A stretch of DNA of 64,000 nucleotides, from the IMG/VR virus record IMGVR_UViG_3300010224_000001, positions 1 through 64,000 of that record; one strand, 5' to 3'. Both the position numbers and the translations under genes were made by a program. This document shows positions 47,348 through 56,569 of this stretch, one piece after another. Position 1 is the stretch's first letter, and every line of letters begins with the position of its first letter. This DNA comes from a virus. A model generated the notes under the pieces. It was not told the origin of the DNA and searched no databases. It saw only the letters and a program-made list of their open reading frames with translations.

Positions 47348-48087
47348 TTCCAGGTTCCGTCAGCCATTCGCTTGGTCCAGTCGTAAATACGGAAATCGCC
47401 CTTCTGTTCTAAGTGCAATTCTAAAGGACTAGCGAGAGTGAGATCGTGCATCATGAACTCATTATCTCCCATGAAAGATTTGATGCGCTGGAATACATCC
47501 AAGAACGTATCAAACAAGTCGTTTGAGATCTTCACCAACATCGGATGATTCTTAATGTTGGGCATTTCCTTAGCCTGATCAATGAAGTAAGGCTCAAGGA
47601 TATCTTCGATTTTCAGTTCACCTATTTTGCTATAGGTTAGCTTTGAGTAGACAAAGTTGTGGATGATGTCGTGAACAATCTTGGCTCCATGCAGGGGAAA
47701 GATTGGTTGTAAAGAAGCTCTTACGGTATCGCGATGCGACAATACTAACTTGTTATCATTCATACCGTCCACCACATCCCATGGTGCGCCAATCACATCC
47801 TTCAGGCTACTGATAGGATAGTAGACATAGCGATAGCTTGGGCTAAGCGGCCAGTAATGCATTTGACCAGAGACAGGAGCCAGGTCCTCGATCACTTCTA
47901 ACAAGTATGGTTTACCGGCAGTCAAAACGGGTTCGAGTTTATCCGGCAAATAGATACCTTCAGGATAAGGCGGAAGCCATCCCTGTAAAGCGCTCTCAAT
48001 AAAACTTGCCATCTCTTGCGTACCAATGATGCACAAGCGCTTTGTTTGTACGCTTTCAGTTACATCTTGGTTGGTGCGGTTAATCAA
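47344..48087 (-). CDS. Conserved core protein (phiKZ gp42-like), paralog array member 2
   Basis: TTG start with AGGAG RBS; C-terminal GDFRIYDW. Confidence 0.7.
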   Translation of the reverse strand: MINRTNQDVTESVQTKRLCIIGTQEMASFIESALQGWLPPYPEGIYLPDKLEPVLTAGKPYLLEVIEDLAPVSGQMHYWPLSPSYRYVYYPISSLKDVIGAPWDVVDGMNDNKLVLSHRDTVRASLQPIFPLHGAKIVHDIIHNFVYSKLTYSKIGELKIEDILEPYFIDQAKEMPNIKNHPMLVKISNDLFDTFLDVFQRIKSFMGDNEFMMHDLTLASPLELHLEQKGDFRIYDWTKRMADGTWK

Positions 48088-48109
48088 TCTCAGCTCCTAA
48101 TGGGCAACG

Positions 48110-48565
48110 TTAATACCAGGGTTGATTCACGAAGTGAAAGTGCGTACCTGGTTCACATTGAAATTCAATAAAGAGTGAACCACAGCTGCGGCGCACTACA
48201 TATTTTAAAGGTTGTTCAGAAGAAGGTACTGGAACTGGCAAAGCTTTCATTACTAATTCTTCGACTATATCGCCAGTGCCGATGTGATTGTTAAATACTT
48301 CAGCCCATTCAAGATCATAGAAGTCGTCCTTATTAACGATGTCCATGTAGTAGTATTCGCAGAGCCAGCTGCAAATCACCCAATCAATGAATTGATCTTT
48401 TTGGCTTTTTCGACCTTCTTGAAAATTCCTCCAATTCCAAGTCTTGTCCACTTTAGTTCCGTCACCCAACCATGGGTAAAAGTCAACTAAGTCGATTAAG
48501 ATGGAATCAATATATTCAACTATTGCCGAGCAGTTTAGTATCCACACTGCACGTGTTTGGCTCAT
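48110..48565 (-). CDS. Hypothetical protein, paralog array member 1
   Basis: 151 aa, AAGGGA RBS. Confidence 0.7.
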   Translation of the reverse strand: MSQTRAVWILNCSAIVEYIDSILIDLVDFYPWLGDGTKVDKTWNWRNFQEGRKSQKDQFIDWVICSWLCEYYYMDIVNKDDFYDLEWAEVFNNHIGTGDIVEELVMKALPVPVPSSEQPLKYVVRRSCGSLFIEFQCEPGTHFHFVNQPWY

Positions 48566-48631
48566 GACACCATCCCTTCATTTTACGCATACGATTATTG
48601 TGTTAAGTTTTTTTGTGCCTAAAAGCTACGA

Positions 48632-48695
48632 GGCGTCATAAAAAAAGAAGTCACCTACCTTTATTCTCTCACAGCAAGAAGATAAAGGTAGGTGA
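48632..48695 (-). terminator. Intrinsic terminator
   Basis: TCACCTACCTTTAT...ATAAAGGTAGGTGA stem, then CTTC-T7-ATGACGCC. Confidence 0.85.
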
Positions 48696-49179
48696 TACAT
48701 TCCAACCATTGGGTTCGACATGTTGATAAGGGTAGTCTCGAGCCTACTGACTTATCTAGTCTCTTCGCCAATGGTTGGGTGTACGTTTCACTATTGCTTA
48801 CTAGTCACTGCCGTAGTTACTAAAGGTCTACACAGCGTAGGCTGGAGTAACGAACCGGCTTACATAACTGTAAGAGAGATTACGGATAGTAATCTATTCA
48901 CCGACGTATCGGCTTGATTGAGTATTGTCAAAAAAGTTAGCTTACACATTCCCGAAACATGTGCCAACCATGCATCAATAACCTTACCGATGTCTTCTCA
49001 GACTGAGAATATACATCCATCGGGCAAAGATTGGGTATTACGATATCAATGGATGCTGCATCCAATACGAACAGGTCGTATTCGATCGGAGTGCAAACTC
49101 TGTCAAACAGAGCAGAGAGAGCTGCCATTTGACTAGCGAAACTCTCTCTGTATCCAAGACCAATGATGTGCAATGGATC
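48696..49179 (-). ncRNA. Candidate structured non-coding RNA or long 3' trailer of phuZ
   Basis: ~480 nt of densely packed inverted repeats between the phuZ stop codon and the terminator. Confidence 0.45.
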
Positions 49180-50205
49180 TTAGAGAACCATACCGTCGTC
49201 GTCACCAGCAGCAACCAGAGCATCCGGCGCGCGGCGCTTGGTAACGATGTTGGCTTCACATTCCTTAGCCTTGGCATCCAGCTCGGCTTTGATCTGCGGG
49301 AAGGAACCTTCGGTGATCACGAAGTAGACCGATTTGCTCATCAGAACATTCGGACCCTGGCCGTTGTCTTCCATATCCGGCAGAATGCCGACTTTATGGT
49401 AATCCGGCGTTTTCTTCAGATAAGAAGTACCACCCGCTGGAACCAGAGTCGCCACACTGATCGGTTGACCCAGCTTGTCGATTTCTTCGCCCACCGATTG
49501 ATCCTTGGATTCACGCACGAAGATCGTGAATGCCGACAGCTGCGGTTCACGGGTCTTGACAACGTTCGTATAGTCGAACAAGTTCTCCAGATCCTTGCCA
49601 TCGATACGATGGTTGCGTGCCGAGAACAACACAGCCAGATATTGGACAGCCGATGCCATCGTTTCGTCGACTTTGGCTTCGGTCATGGTCGGCGAATTCT
49701 GCAGATACAGCATGTTCACCGGCAGACCATACTTCTTGACTTGACCTTCATACGACTGGATAGTGCGCAGCGTATTCTGGATTTCGGCCAGATCGATTGT
49801 ACCGCCCACAGTCAATGCCAGACGCGGAGCGCGGGCAGCCATCAAACGACCCATGATCAGTGGAGCGATCACCGAACCAGTACCGCCACAACCCGAGGAC
49901 AGCGTGATGTTGAAATCCAGCGGTTTGTGCAAATGCATGATCTCAGGTACAGCGGCCTTGATCGGCTCGATGTTTTCGGTGCGCAGCTTACCCGAACCAT
50001 TCAGGCCAGGAATCACGTACTTGTCGAGATTCTCCGCACCAGGAATCGCCATGTTGGCCAGGCTGGTGTCGATTGCCACGATGTCGATGTCGGCCATGAT
50101 GTCGCTGTTGTACACCATCGCGGACAGCTGGGAAGCGATGTTGATCGCCGTGCCGCCGCAAGCGTAAATGCGGATCTTACCTTTTTGTTGAACGATGTTA
50201 TCCAT
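49180..50205 (-). CDS. phuZ: Phage tubulin PhuZ
   Basis: IYACGGTAINI, IDTS, GSGK.R, tubulin signature SGCGGTGS, T7 loop NHRIDGKD, acidic tail DDDGMVL. Confidence 0.95.
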   Translation of the reverse strand: MDNIVQQKGKIRIYACGGTAINIASQLSAMVYNSDIMADIDIVAIDTSLANMAIPGAENLDKYVIPGLNGSGKLRTENIEPIKAAVPEIMHLHKPLDFNITLSSGCGGTGSVIAPLIMGRLMAARAPRLALTVGGTIDLAEIQNTLRTIQSYEGQVKKYGLPVNMLYLQNSPTMTEAKVDETMASAVQYLAVLFSARNHRIDGKDLENLFDYTNVVKTREPQLSAFTIFVRESKDQSVGEEIDKLGQPISVATLVPAGGTSYLKKTPDYHKVGILPDMEDNGQGPNVLMSKSVYFVITEGSFPQIKAELDAKAKECEANIVTKRRAPDALVAAGDDDGMVL

Positions 50206-50276
50206 GGAGCATTCCTTCTATTTGGTTGTTAGAAAAACGATTGGTGTCTCAAGGACACTTTATAATGTTGCTCTGT

Positions 50277-50318
50277 AAAAATACACCCAACCAATGCAAA
50301 GCACACTAGTTGGGTGTA
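50277..50318 (-). terminator. Hairpin with U-tract between the 815-aa gene and phuZ
   Basis: TACACCCAACTAGTGT...GCATTGGTTGGGTGTA followed by TTTTT. Confidence 0.65.
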
Positions 50319-50323
50319 GCTAA

Positions 50324-52771
50324 TTAGTAAGGTTCGTTGTTAATGCTGATACCTTTCTTGAAACCGAGTTCGTAACCTTGCCAGATACCGTACAGATAGG
50401 AACCAAATTGACGGTCGCTGATCTGACGGAAGCTAACCCCTGGATTAACAATTTGATGTTGCTTAACCAGTTCGGTACGTTTGGAGGCTGCGTAATTCTC
50501 AGCAGGCAAATCACCATGTTGATAAACGATGCAGATTTCTTCAAATCCCACAAACTTACCGTCGACAAAGCTGTCGAGATCGCCAAAAGTAAGAGTAACA
50601 ACTTCGTCGACAGGATTGGGATTAATAGAGAACATGTTACGAAGAACGTCTACCACAGCTGAGCTGGTTTGACGAGACAGGCTAAGGATGAGAATCTCTT
50701 TCTTACCGTTGTTCTTAGCCTGAACGATACCGAGCGGTTTGACTTTACGGATCAGACCAGCCGGGATACCTTCAATGACTTCATACGCGTCTTCATCGAA
50801 ACGATGTTCGTCAGGCGCATACTTCGGCATCGGGCTGACGGGACCACCGCCAAAACCACGACCAACGCCGCCTTCAGGCGACGGGAAATCGCGGCCTGCA
50901 CCTGCCGGATACAGCGATGCGCGAACACGTTCTTCATTTTCACGAGTGATCGTATCACGCGGACTGCGAAGATTCTCACGCATATTGGCGAAGTTACCGC
51001 CGAACGGTTGCGGCATAGCCTGGGAGAACAGCGGTGCTCCGCGGAAAGCTCGCGCAGGCGCAGGCGGAGCACCAAACGGAAAGCGCGGCGATTGGAACAT
51101 ACCAGCCGAACCCGGATCGTTGAAAGGTAGACCCATATCTGGACCTGGGAACAGCAAACCGCTTTTATCCAGCGGAGAATGGAAGCGATTAGGTAGAGGT
51201 CCATACACACCACCGTGACGCATGGTCATCTGGATTTGATTCAAGGCTGCTTTGATTTCATTTTGCGTCTGAGCAACGCCATGGAATCGTTCCCACACCG
51301 GTTTCAGAGCCGCTTCGATCTGCTGTTGCAGGCTCGGCGATTCAACTTCTTTGGTTTCTTGCTGTTCATTTTGATCTTGATTCATTTTGGCTTCCTGTTG
51401 AGTTGGATTGGTGTTATTAGGATTTTTAAGTACTTCGAGGCGCTGTTTCATACCACGGAAATCATTAACGATAAGACCCAAGGTCATATCGTAAGCGTTC
51501 GGATACTTAGGATCGCGTGCCATAACAGTTGTGTAGCTATAGCGACCGTCCGTATTGGCAGAAATATGGTCACGAAGATATCGACCAATTTCACTACTGA
51601 AGATATCTTTATCGCCCAGCAAGTATACTTCACAATCTTCGTTGTAGTACCTACCAAGTTGATTGACGTCGTAATTGGCAACTGCAACACCCAGTGCTGT
51701 ATGTTCAATAACGATGTCAACCTCTTTGTCGATCAGAACTTCAATAGGGCTGCTACTGTAGTTACTGTAATTCAGATCGAGCAAACGAAGAACATTGGTA
51801 GCTTCATGACCGTAGACGAAGATGATTTTACGTGCGATAGTGTTATCCGGCACAGATTCTTCCTCGACTTCTTTCTCAGGAGCAGGATGTTGTTTGACGA
51901 CTTTCTCAGCAACACGAAGAGCTTCTTTCAAAGCCGACATATGGGGTCCGTGCTGCGCGTGACCTGGCCCTGTGTAAACATGATTGACAATCAACAAATG
52001 TACAGAGTCCTGACGAGCTGTAGCCAGAAGTCGGATGTGGAAATTTTCGATCGTTTGGTTTGAGAAACACGTGTCGTCGACAAGCAATACGTACTCGTTA
52101 AACTTCGTATGGCGCTCCGAGATTTCTTTGAAAGCATTGTTGATATCTTCATCTGAGTGCTCCGGAATCAGATAGTAATCATCGCGATCATGCACGAATG
52201 CGAAGCCAGCATCAGGATTACTTGATTGATCGATCCGGGCGAGATTAAGCAAAAGATTGCTAGCCTGACCAATAGCGATGATCACCTTGCGAGGAATGTC
52301 ACGATCAACCTTGCCATCTTGACCATACTTCCATTCCGGATTATCGGGAACCTCAATCGCTGTTTGGTTACATTGTCGAATTACATTAGCCATGGAGTCA
52401 ACGATTTTAGCGCGCAGAGCATTGAGATCATCATGATGGGCAACGATAAACAACAAATAGCTTTTGCTAATGTAATTTTCTTCTTTCATGTGATGGTGAT
52501 TGATATCTGAGATCCATTTTTCGTAATTAACGTAGTCGTTAGGACCTTGTTTATTAACTACGTAAACAATCAAGGCATCTTCACCACCAAATTTGCCAAC
52601 CTCTTCCAAGAAAGACTCTTCCGAAGGTGCACTAATTTGACCCAGCCGAACCATAATCGGAAATTCAACATCGTCGAAGTGAAACGTTTTATGAGGAGGA
52701 ACTGTTTTAAGCACAGCTGCTGCCGCAACATCGCCAATGCCTACAAACAGAACTTTGTTGATCTTGCTCAT
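50324..52771 (-). CDS. 815-aa protein with repeated degenerate PhuZ/tubulin-like domains, a coiled coil and a P/G/F-rich linker
   Basis: AAAGGA RBS; four alpha/beta units starting KVLFVGIG, KVIIAIG, KIIFVYG and KEILILSL. Confidence 0.6.
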   Translation of the reverse strand: MSKINKVLFVGIGDVAAAAVLKTVPPHKTFHFDDVEFPIMVRLGQISAPSEESFLEEVGKFGGEDALIVYVVNKQGPNDYVNYEKWISDINHHHMKEENYISKSYLLFIVAHHDDLNALRAKIVDSMANVIRQCNQTAIEVPDNPEWKYGQDGKVDRDIPRKVIIAIGQASNLLLNLARIDQSSNPDAGFAFVHDRDDYYLIPEHSDEDINNAFKEISERHTKFNEYVLLVDDTCFSNQTIENFHIRLLATARQDSVHLLIVNHVYTGPGHAQHGPHMSALKEALRVAEKVVKQHPAPEKEVEEESVPDNTIARKIIFVYGHEATNVLRLLDLNYSNYSSSPIEVLIDKEVDIVIEHTALGVAVANYDVNQLGRYYNEDCEVYLLGDKDIFSSEIGRYLRDHISANTDGRYSYTTVMARDPKYPNAYDMTLGLIVNDFRGMKQRLEVLKNPNNTNPTQQEAKMNQDQNEQQETKEVESPSLQQQIEAALKPVWERFHGVAQTQNEIKAALNQIQMTMRHGGVYGPLPNRFHSPLDKSGLLFPGPDMGLPFNDPGSAGMFQSPRFPFGAPPAPARAFRGAPLFSQAMPQPFGGNFANMRENLRSPRDTITRENEERVRASLYPAGAGRDFPSPEGGVGRGFGGGPVSPMPKYAPDEHRFDEDAYEVIEGIPAGLIRKVKPLGIVQAKNNGKKEILILSLSRQTSSAVVDVLRNMFSINPNPVDEVVTLTFGDLDSFVDGKFVGFEEICIVYQHGDLPAENYAASKRTELVKQHQIVNPGVSFRQISDRQFGSYLYGIWQGYELGFKKGISINNEPY

Positions 52772-52848
52772 GATAAATCCTTTCTAATTGATTTTTAGAT
52801 GTGCGATGTGAGTGAAATGCTATGACTTACTGTCCGCATCTCAGGATA

Positions 52849-52870
52849 ATGATATATACCTTTAAAAATC
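52849..52870 (-). promoter_or_regulatory. Early promoter candidate
   Basis: GATTTTTAAAGGTATATATCAT on the minus strand. Confidence 0.68.
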
Positions 52871-52881
52871 TAGGAGTAGGT

Positions 52882-53691
52882 ATGAATCCGATTACAAAAG
52901 CGCTAGACGAAGTGACCATGCGCATTCCAAAGCAGATTTTGGAAAAGGTCTTTATTGAACCTTCTCAGGGCTGGCGTAACGTACCTGCCAACAATGTGAA
53001 GGAATTGATTAAACAAAAAGTGATCCATCCACGTGTTCTGGTGGATTGCAATTTAGTAGGTGGTGCAGAAATCAAAGTACCGCTCGATGATGTTCCATTT
53101 GAAGTCACTGAGAATGATTACACGCACATCTACCGTATTCCTAAATCGAAAACCAATGGTCGTTCGATTGTCAGTGTGTTAGACGTGTCGTACGGTACGA
53201 TGTATCAAACGTTAGCCTTTAATGGTAACGGTAATAATCGTGGTGGTGCAGCACTGCAATTAGGTGCAGCGGTAATGGAAGCACAAGTGCGTCCTGCTCA
53301 CGTCAATACTGCTCGTGTGACATTAGTTGGTGAAAACACTGTAATGGTGCAAGACAGTGTTATGATTACGACTAACTTATATTTACGTTGTGTGATTGAA
53401 CACGACGAATACATGTCGCACTTAAAGCCACGTAGTTATCGTCAGTTTGCTGAACTTGTTCGCTTAGCTGTACAAGCTTACATCTACAATCAGTACAGCA
53501 TCATGATGGACATGGCTGAACTGCAAGGCGGTATGCAGTTAAATAGCTTTAAAACCACCGTTGATAAGTACGAGAATTCTGAAGATGAATATCAAACGTA
53601 CTTAACTGAGAAATGGCAAAAGATCGACTTCATGAACGATGATGAAAAGATGAAGCGATTTGTTGGTCTGTTGGTTGGTGGTGCTCGTTAA
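52882..53691 (+). CDS. Conserved core virion protein (phiKZ gp32-like)
   Basis: AGGAG RBS; motifs IPKQIL, RVLVDCNLVGG, LVGENTV and QAYIYN. Confidence 0.65.
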   Translation: MNPITKALDEVTMRIPKQILEKVFIEPSQGWRNVPANNVKELIKQKVIHPRVLVDCNLVGGAEIKVPLDDVPFEVTENDYTHIYRIPKSKTNGRSIVSVLDVSYGTMYQTLAFNGNGNNRGGAALQLGAAVMEAQVRPAHVNTARVTLVGENTVMVQDSVMITTNLYLRCVIEHDEYMSHLKPRSYRQFAELVRLAVQAYIYNQYSIMMDMAELQGGMQLNSFKTTVDKYENSEDEYQTYLTEKWQKIDFMNDDEKMKRFVGLLVGGAR

Positions 53692-53693
53692 GC

Positions 53694-53756
53694 AAAAAAA
53701 AAGAAGAGATGTCATAGAGACGTATACCCCAGAAGGGTATACGTCTCTTATGGCGT
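53694..53756. terminator. Bidirectional terminator
   Basis: AGAGACGTATACCC-cagaa-GGGTATACGTCTCT, with TATG motifs on both sides. Confidence 0.85.
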
Positions 53757-53758
53757 TA

Positions 53759-54469
53759 TTACGCTTCTTGTGTTTGCGCGTTTTCGATTGCGTTGCGAGC
53801 TGATTGACGACGGCGATTGTGATTCGACTTCATGTTAGCTTGCGAGCGTTTCGGATGATCTTGCTTGGGATCTTTCGATTCCGGTTTCAGCAGTGGGATA
53901 CCGTCACCCACTTCGAAGCTCGTGCTCTTGTCGAGTTCGGCTTGTTGCTGGATCTGCTCGTGGAAATGGGTAGTGAGCAGCCAGAACTTGACGAACTTTT
54001 CCAGCACTTTGCCACGGTAACCGTCTTTGATCTTCCAGCCTTCGATTTCACCCATCATGAGCGGATTCAGAACAGCGAAGCGATTAGCTGCAGCCCAGAA
54101 GTTATCCGAAGCCACAACAACACACTGGTCGATGTTCGAGAACGGCGAGAACGGTACACCTGTTTTCAATTCCACCGGATACGACAGTGCGACCACGCCG
54201 TATGGAGTGCCTTGAGCGATCACTGGACGCTGAGCTGGATTGCCCTTGGAGGTCGAACCCCAGTTGATCGAGAAGGCGAACGTTTCACCTGGATTCATCA
54301 TCAGACGATGTTCTGGATTGAAAACAATGCCAGAAAGATCGTTGGTGTTGGAGCGATTGGTCCAACCAGGACGTGCCGTAATCCGACGTTCGATCGAACG
54401 GAAGATCTGGCTGAAGACACGATGGTGGCTCATGTCGGTGATATCTTTAATACGACCCATGCGTTGCAT
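53759..54469 (-). CDS. Hypothetical protein with basic C-terminal tail
   Basis: 236 aa, AAGGAG RBS. Confidence 0.7.
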   Translation of the reverse strand: MQRMGRIKDITDMSHHRVFSQIFRSIERRITARPGWTNRSNTNDLSGIVFNPEHRLMMNPGETFAFSINWGSTSKGNPAQRPVIAQGTPYGVVALSYPVELKTGVPFSPFSNIDQCVVVASDNFWAAANRFAVLNPLMMGEIEGWKIKDGYRGKVLEKFVKFWLLTTHFHEQIQQQAELDKSTSFEVGDGIPLLKPESKDPKQDHPKRSQANMKSNHNRRRQSARNAIENAQTQEA

Positions 54470-54509
54470 TTGGACTCTCCTTTATTTTCTATTAACGACT
54501 TTGTTTGAA

Positions 54510-54782
54510 TTAGTTCGGTTTGAGTTTGTAGTACTTGTTGAGATCAGGACCTTTGATAGGTTCGACGTATTTCCAGCCGCTGGTATCAACATTGCGACCC
54601 GTGGCGATGTCACCGCTCTTACACCATTTCTTGGCATCTGGCTGCCATTGCAGGACGATGAATCCTTGCGAGCGACCATCGTAATCAATTTCATCGAGCC
54701 AGTGGTGTCCGGCTTCTGTGATGAGAATACCAGGCGGGACAGGTTCCGGCTTCGGTTTCAGAAAGTCAGGAACTTTTGTCAT
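54510..54782 (-). CDS. Hypothetical protein
   Basis: 90 aa, GGAGG RBS, TAATG coupling. Confidence 0.7.
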   Translation of the reverse strand: MTKVPDFLKPKPEPVPPGILITEAGHHWLDEIDYDGRSQGFIVLQWQPDAKKWCKSGDIATGRNVDTSGWKYVEPIKGPDLNKYYKLKPN

Positions 54783-54982
54783 TATCCGCCTCCCATAACT
54801 TCGAGTTCGATCAGGCCTTCCCAGCGCACTACTTCGCTCTCGAAGTCTTGTTTCGAATTATAGATAACGATAAAGTGATCTCCGCGTTCATCCACATCGT
54901 AATGGTCGACCTGCGCTTCTACAATCACTTTATTCCAGACGTCTTCCGACATCGGAAACTTAACTTCAACATCACGAGCCAT
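54782..54982 (-). CDS. Hypothetical acidic protein
   Basis: 66 aa, AGGAG RBS. Confidence 0.7.
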   Translation of the reverse strand: MARDVEVKFPMSEDVWNKVIVEAQVDHYDVDERGDHFIVIYNSKQDFESEVVRWEGLIELEVMGGG

Positions 54983-55042
54983 TTTGTTATTCTCCTATGC
55001 TAGTTACTAGCGCATAACCTATTACACGCTAGTATTTTTAGA

Positions 55043-55729
55043 TTAAAGCAGAAAGCTGATGTTGTAGCTTTCGCCAGCAATTTGTGGATTGCCGAACAAG
55101 AAGTTCAGATCATCCATACAACGAATTTCTTTGGTATTGAATTTGCCAAAGGTGGGGAAACGATGAGATGCGTCTTCAGCTGCTACTGCAACCATTTGTT
55201 CCAACGCCTGACTATCGTAGTACACCTTCAGCGGTGCATCTGGATCGAGAATCTCACCATCTTGATTAAGAGTACAGGTGATGTAAACATTCCCGTATTC
55301 AGTCGCAATAGCAGCATACTGAATGACTTGATCCAGAGCGATATTGGATACCCACAGATACGCGACGATGTTCCCGGCGTATAACGCAGCAGCTTGGAAT
55401 TCATCATAACGCATTCTGCGAATATGTGGCCGGTGTAACACCTCGTACATAAAAACCTCCCCCAACCGTGGTGGTGGCGGGGGAGTGTACAAAGGTGGTA
55501 ACACAGCCATTTGTTCTTCGTAAACTTCTGGCGTTACGATTGAACTGAAATTATCGATCGGTTTACGATGTTCTTTCACCGGTTCGATCTTAACTTCGAT
55601 AACTTCAGGTACAATTGGTTCCGCCAGTTCTTCAATTACTTTTTCCTGCACTACTTCACTGATTGGTTCCTCAAAGCTGAGGTCATCAGGATATAGCATA
55701 CCCGAAAGTACAAAGGCAGCAAGTAACAT
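55043..55729 (-). CDS. Hypothetical protein with N-terminal hydrophobic signal and poly-Pro linker
   Basis: 228 aa, AAGGA RBS. Confidence 0.65.
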   Translation of the reverse strand: MLLAAFVLSGMLYPDDLSFEEPISEVVQEKVIEELAEPIVPEVIEVKIEPVKEHRKPIDNFSSIVTPEVYEEQMAVLPPLYTPPPPPRLGEVFMYEVLHRPHIRRMRYDEFQAAALYAGNIVAYLWVSNIALDQVIQYAAIATEYGNVYITCTLNQDGEILDPDAPLKVYYDSQALEQMVAVAAEDASHRFPTFGKFNTKEIRCMDDLNFLFGNPQIAGESYNISFLL

Positions 55730-55821
55730 GATAATATCCTTCCCTCTAGCGACATGCGTAATAACGCGTTATAATTGGTTGTTCGAAAAAACATCATTAC
55801 CAATGTCGCCATCCCTAATAC

Positions 55822-56067
55822 TCACTTGGGTAAAGCAATGTTGGCATCGTTGGCAATTACAATCATTTCTGCAATTGCTTGATTGACATCTTCGATACAT
55901 TTTGCATCGATTGATTTTTGTAACAGAATACTTACTGCGAGGAGCGTTTCAATCTGTTTAGTTTCGTTGAAGATGGCGACGCTAATCTTTACAGCTTTAC
56001 GTTGCTCTTGAACTAAATCAAAATGCAAGCGTAGCTGGTGGTATCTGCGCTGATCTTTCATGAACAT
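55822..56067 (-). CDS. Hypothetical protein
   Basis: 81 aa, helical. Confidence 0.55.
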   Translation of the reverse strand: MFMKDQRRYHQLRLHFDLVQEQRKAVKISVAIFNETKQIETLLAVSILLQKSIDAKCIEDVNQAIAEMIVIANDANIALPK

Positions 56068-56075
56068 CCCGTATG

Positions 56076-56390
56076 TTAACTCGGCAACCCTTTAAAGAGA
56101 AACCGATAATTCGTTTTACCTTTGCAAAAGCAAAGCAACAGACGACCTAGGAAGGACTGGACTAGAAGCTTATATAGTTTTTGTACAACATTGTCCAACG
56201 GCATGATTCCTTTCGTAAGAACGATATTTTTGATGAAGGTATACAAGCCAACAATTCTCAGACAGAATTTGTCCAGGAATTCGTCGAGATTGTTCAAGAT
56301 ACTGATTCTCTCGGCTTCTACTTTGGCTTGCGTCCAGCTGATGGGTTTGCCAGTCAGCCTTGCTTTCAAATAAAAATAAATGGCTTTCAT
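56076..56390 (-). CDS. Hypothetical protein
   Basis: 104 aa; N-terminus KPISWTQAKVEA resembles KPMGWKEAQAEA in the 57339 gene. Confidence 0.6.
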   Translation of the reverse strand: MKAIYFYLKARLTGKPISWTQAKVEAERISILNNLDEFLDKFCLRIVGLYTFIKNIVLTKGIMPLDNVVQKLYKLLVQSFLGRLLLCFCKGKTNYRFLFKGLPS

Positions 56391-56460
56391 TTTGCTCTAA
56401 AAAATAATTACAAAAAGACAACTAGAAGAACGGGGCGTCCCCCGCTCTTCTGAGTCACAC

Positions 56461-56568
56461 TTACATCAACGTGCCGTTGTATACGTTAACGGCAACGAAG
56501 ATGCCGATAGCAAGCAGTAGTCCGACTAATGCCTGCATACCAGTAGCATGGTAACGTGGCGTCGACAT
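56461..56568 (-). CDS. Small single-pass membrane protein (35 aa)
   Basis: ATG right after the upstream stop; ALVGLLLAIGIFVAV. Confidence 0.55.
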   Translation of the reverse strand: MSTPRYHATGMQALVGLLLAIGIFVAVNVYNGTLM

Positions 56569-56569
56569 G

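Noticed and set aside
48720-49277. Several 65-79 aa ORFs on both strands
   Set aside because: No RBS, mostly TTG/GTG starts and atypical composition; they overlap a hairpin-dense region
49129-50232. 367-aa plus-strand ORF
   Set aside because: Antisense shadow of phuZ
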